This document shows, one piece after another, positions 61,271 to 64,000 of a DNA stretch of 64,000 bases (positions within the stretch are counted from its first letter, which is position 1; each line of letters begins with the position of its first letter). The stretch is taken from the NCBI GenBank assembly GCA_001662655.1, contig KV460233.1, one strand, 5' to 3'. The position numbers and the translations under genes are program-made. The DNA comes from Pseudogymnoascus verrucosus (taxonomy: Eukaryota). The notes under the pieces were generated by a model. It did no database searches. It was given only the letters and a program-made list of their open reading frames with translations, and was not told the DNA's origin.

Positions 61271-63526
61271 ATCTGCTCTGTTTCTCACCTGTCCCACCAC
61301 AAAATACAGTAAGAAGAAAAGAAGAGGCTGGAAGAATCTAACTGACTGACTGACTATATGACTGATGAGCACAGCAGAAGCTGATCAGACATTATAGACA
61401 TTACAAACCTCATCTTGTACAACACGACCGTCCATTAATCATCTCAGCCGCCGTCACCATCGAATAGGGCCTCATCAACAAAGACCGCCGAAGCCACACT
61501 CTACGCGCCACGCCCACGATTTGTCCCACAACCACCACCACTAAAAACACCTCGAGAGAAGACCTATAGCCTTCCTTTTCTTCTGTTAGCTGTTGGCTTG
61601 TTGGCTGTTGCCACTTTACCTCACGCCTTTTAAGCCATCCTTTCTTTCACTCCAAAAATACATCCTTCACCACCGCAACAAGTACCCTTTCTCCCCCGTT
61701 ACAGATCGGCGCCGAGTTTCTTTTCCCCCTTCCCCCCGCTGATTGGACGGAGCATAAAACCTCAAGACTCGACTCCCACCTCACTGGCCCACCGTTCCAC
61801 GTCCATCATCCGTTCTCGCCCACGTCCACACACGTCCACACGGCTCCTGTCTCGCCCTGTTGCTGGATCAGATCGTTTGGTTTGGTTCCGAAGAAGCGGA
61901 TCGAACGAATGACTCGTCGCGACGCGAGCGACCCGATTCTTTTTTTATCTCTTTTCTCTTTTTCTTCGGTACAGGAACAAGGAAAACGCGGGACGGGAAT
62001 AGGAACAGGAATAATCGGGAAGCCGGCGCCGTTGCGAACCATGGTTGACCCGAAGACCCTGACCCTCCCACCATGAACGAACGAACCTTCCTATGCGCAA
62101 CTTTCTCATCGTTCGCCCGTCTATCCCTCGCTTGTCCCCCGTCCTCCGAAGGATCGCCATGTCAGTCTCCATTCCTGCGCGCACACACACACACACAACT
62201 CCCCATCACAGCACAGACCACACCACACATCCAGAACCCATGCGCCAACCAGATCAACACAATCCGACCAGTTCTTCCGGCCCTAGTCCCCCCATCTCCC
62301 TCCACTCGCCAGGATCACCAGTTCTGGCCATGCCACTCCCTCTCCCGGCCGTCCAATCACACCTCCCCACCCCTGACCTCGAAACACACACCCAACCCCA
62401 CCGAGTAAAACCCCGCTACAGGGGCAGGGCTCAAAGACGGAGGATCTGATTGGTTGGACGAGGCGTTTGGGGGTTTCAGGTTCATGCGGTTTTAGTTGTT
62501 TCGGCGGGAAGGGAGGGGGGAGCGGACCGGAGGAGGAGGAGGTTTATGCGGCCGCATGCAGGCGATACCGATGCTGTGATGGAGTGGGAAATGTGATCGT
62601 TGCGATGGGTGATGATGCAGCTGTCAGGCAAGGAGTCAAGGCCGCGCTGTTGGGTGTTGGGCCGCGGCCTGTTGTGTTGGTTGGTGGGTGCGGTTTGGTG
62701 TGGGCGGGCGGGGGGGACGTTGCTGTCAGGTTGGTATACCTGGCAGGAATCGCGCTGTTCCTGCATCCGCTGCGTTGGAGGGGGGAGTGAGTACTTAGGC
62801 TGGCTGTATGGTTTGTTGGTTGTACAGGAGGGAGATGCAGTGTGAACTGTACTACGGGGTGTGCTTACTGGACAGGACTCTTTACTGGAGTATGTACTCT
62901 ATGTGGTATGAAAGAAGGGTACATACAGCCGTTCGTCCAGCTGGCTGACCGAATCGTGGCTACACATGGCGCTACGCTCACAACTCACGCTCACACGGTC
63001 CGTCTTCGGTCACAACCCCCAATACCGGCGGTTCCCCGGTCACGGGACACCACTACGGTCGAAAATACACCACCACACTTAATAATAAGACCGTCACTCT
63101 CCCATACCCATCAAAAGGCGGTATATAATTCAACAAATATAATTCAACAACTAATACAACTACACCTCAACATCATGTAAGTCGTCAAGTGACAAAAAAA
63201 AAGATCAAACTATCATTCACCCCATCTGTGCCGTCCCGGGCCTGCAACCCGACGGCTGGGGGGCTATCTATTTCAGACGCTATACACATCACATCACTAT
63301 CCCGACCCTATATGGCGCGCACGCTCCGCCGAGGTGCTTTGACATATAGTACTCTACTCTAGGCACCCCGCACTTTTGAACGCGATCACCCGCACGACCC
63401 CGATGATGCGGGCAGGTAGACATGTGTCAACACCCCATCCCTCATCCCCGCGACACATCTTTGTCCTATCCCCCCCTTCCCCATCCTGCCACTGACTGCC
63501 GACGCCCATCACACCCGGCAGTCCCC

Positions 63527-64000
63527 TCAATCCTCATCCATGCTCTCCCACCCCTGCTCACCATCCTTCTTTCCCCCCTCCCCCTCCTCCTCCTCCTCAT
63601 CACTACTCTCCTCCTCATCCGCATTAACCCCCACCAACCTCTCCTTGACCTCCCCCTCCACCGGCGCCATACGATGCGCAAACGCCTTGCGCACCGCAGC
63701 ATTCGTGCTCGTATCCCAGATATGCACGCTCCCCTTGCTTCCCGCGACAGCGAGGCGGAACCCGACCTCCTCGTCCGGCGCGAAGACGGTGGAGAAGACT
63801 TTGCCGACTTCGAGGTTGCGACTCACTACCATGGTAGGGCCGGAGGCTTGGATGTTCCACAGTTTCACGGTGCGGTCTGTAGACCCTGTGGCCATGAAGC
63901 CGGGGATCACGGGGTTGATATCGAAAGCTGACACGGACTCGTCGTGTGCGTGCAGCGTCCAGACGGGCTTGGTTTTCGAGGGGTCCGTAGGCGCGGCCCG
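63527..64000 (-). CDS. PWP1: WD40 protein PWP1 (periodic tryptophan protein 1), 3' part
   Basis: PVWTLHAHDESVSAFDINPVIPGFMATGSTDRTVKLWN, VSRNLEVGKVF, LAVAGSKG and an acidic tail. Confidence 0.85.
   Translation of the reverse strand, partial: RAAPTDPSKTKPVWTLHAHDESVSAFDINPVIPGFMATGSTDRTVKLWNIQASGPTMVVSRNLEVGKVFSTVFAPDEEVGFRLAVAGSKGSVHIWDTSTNAAVRKAFAHRMAPVEGEVKERLVGVNADEEESSDEEEEEGEGGKKDGEQGWESMDED

Noticed and set aside
60445..63180. ORFs in the long intergenic region
   Set aside because: They derive from low-complexity, strand-biased UTR/promoter sequence and have no protein motifs.

Overview
Intron-containing DNA from a filamentous ascomycete (Leotiomycete-like is my inference from gene style). 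Conserved-looking genes sit at both ends: an NDR/CBK1-like AGC kinase on the left, and a Ser-rich conserved protein plus the 3' end of PWP1 on the right. They enclose about 50 kb of accessory DNA made of small modules. (1) A PDR-type ABC transporter, two BAHD acyltransferases and a lipocalin-like protein, with no backbone synthase. (2) A PhnZ-like HD oxygenase, a PhnY*-like Fe/2OG dioxygenase and a GIT1-like MFS permease, with four Pho4/NUC-1-type boxes in the divergent promoter; this is a probable phosphonate-scavenging cluster. (3) Four stand-alone Ty1/copia Gag-like genes or relics with no pol and no flanking LTRs. (4) A frameshifted preprotoxin-like secreted gene, a RIP-mutated Ginger-type integrase transposon, a MITE and an NmrA-like gene. 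(5) A fungal-cell-wall-lytic block: GH55, a GH18 deletion relic, a beta-helix plus bulb-lectin protein, and a GH71 whose CBM24 is cut off by a solo LTR with a 5-bp TSD. No rRNA, tRNA, CRISPR array or Starship captain was recognised. All family calls come from motif recognition by eye, not from database searches.
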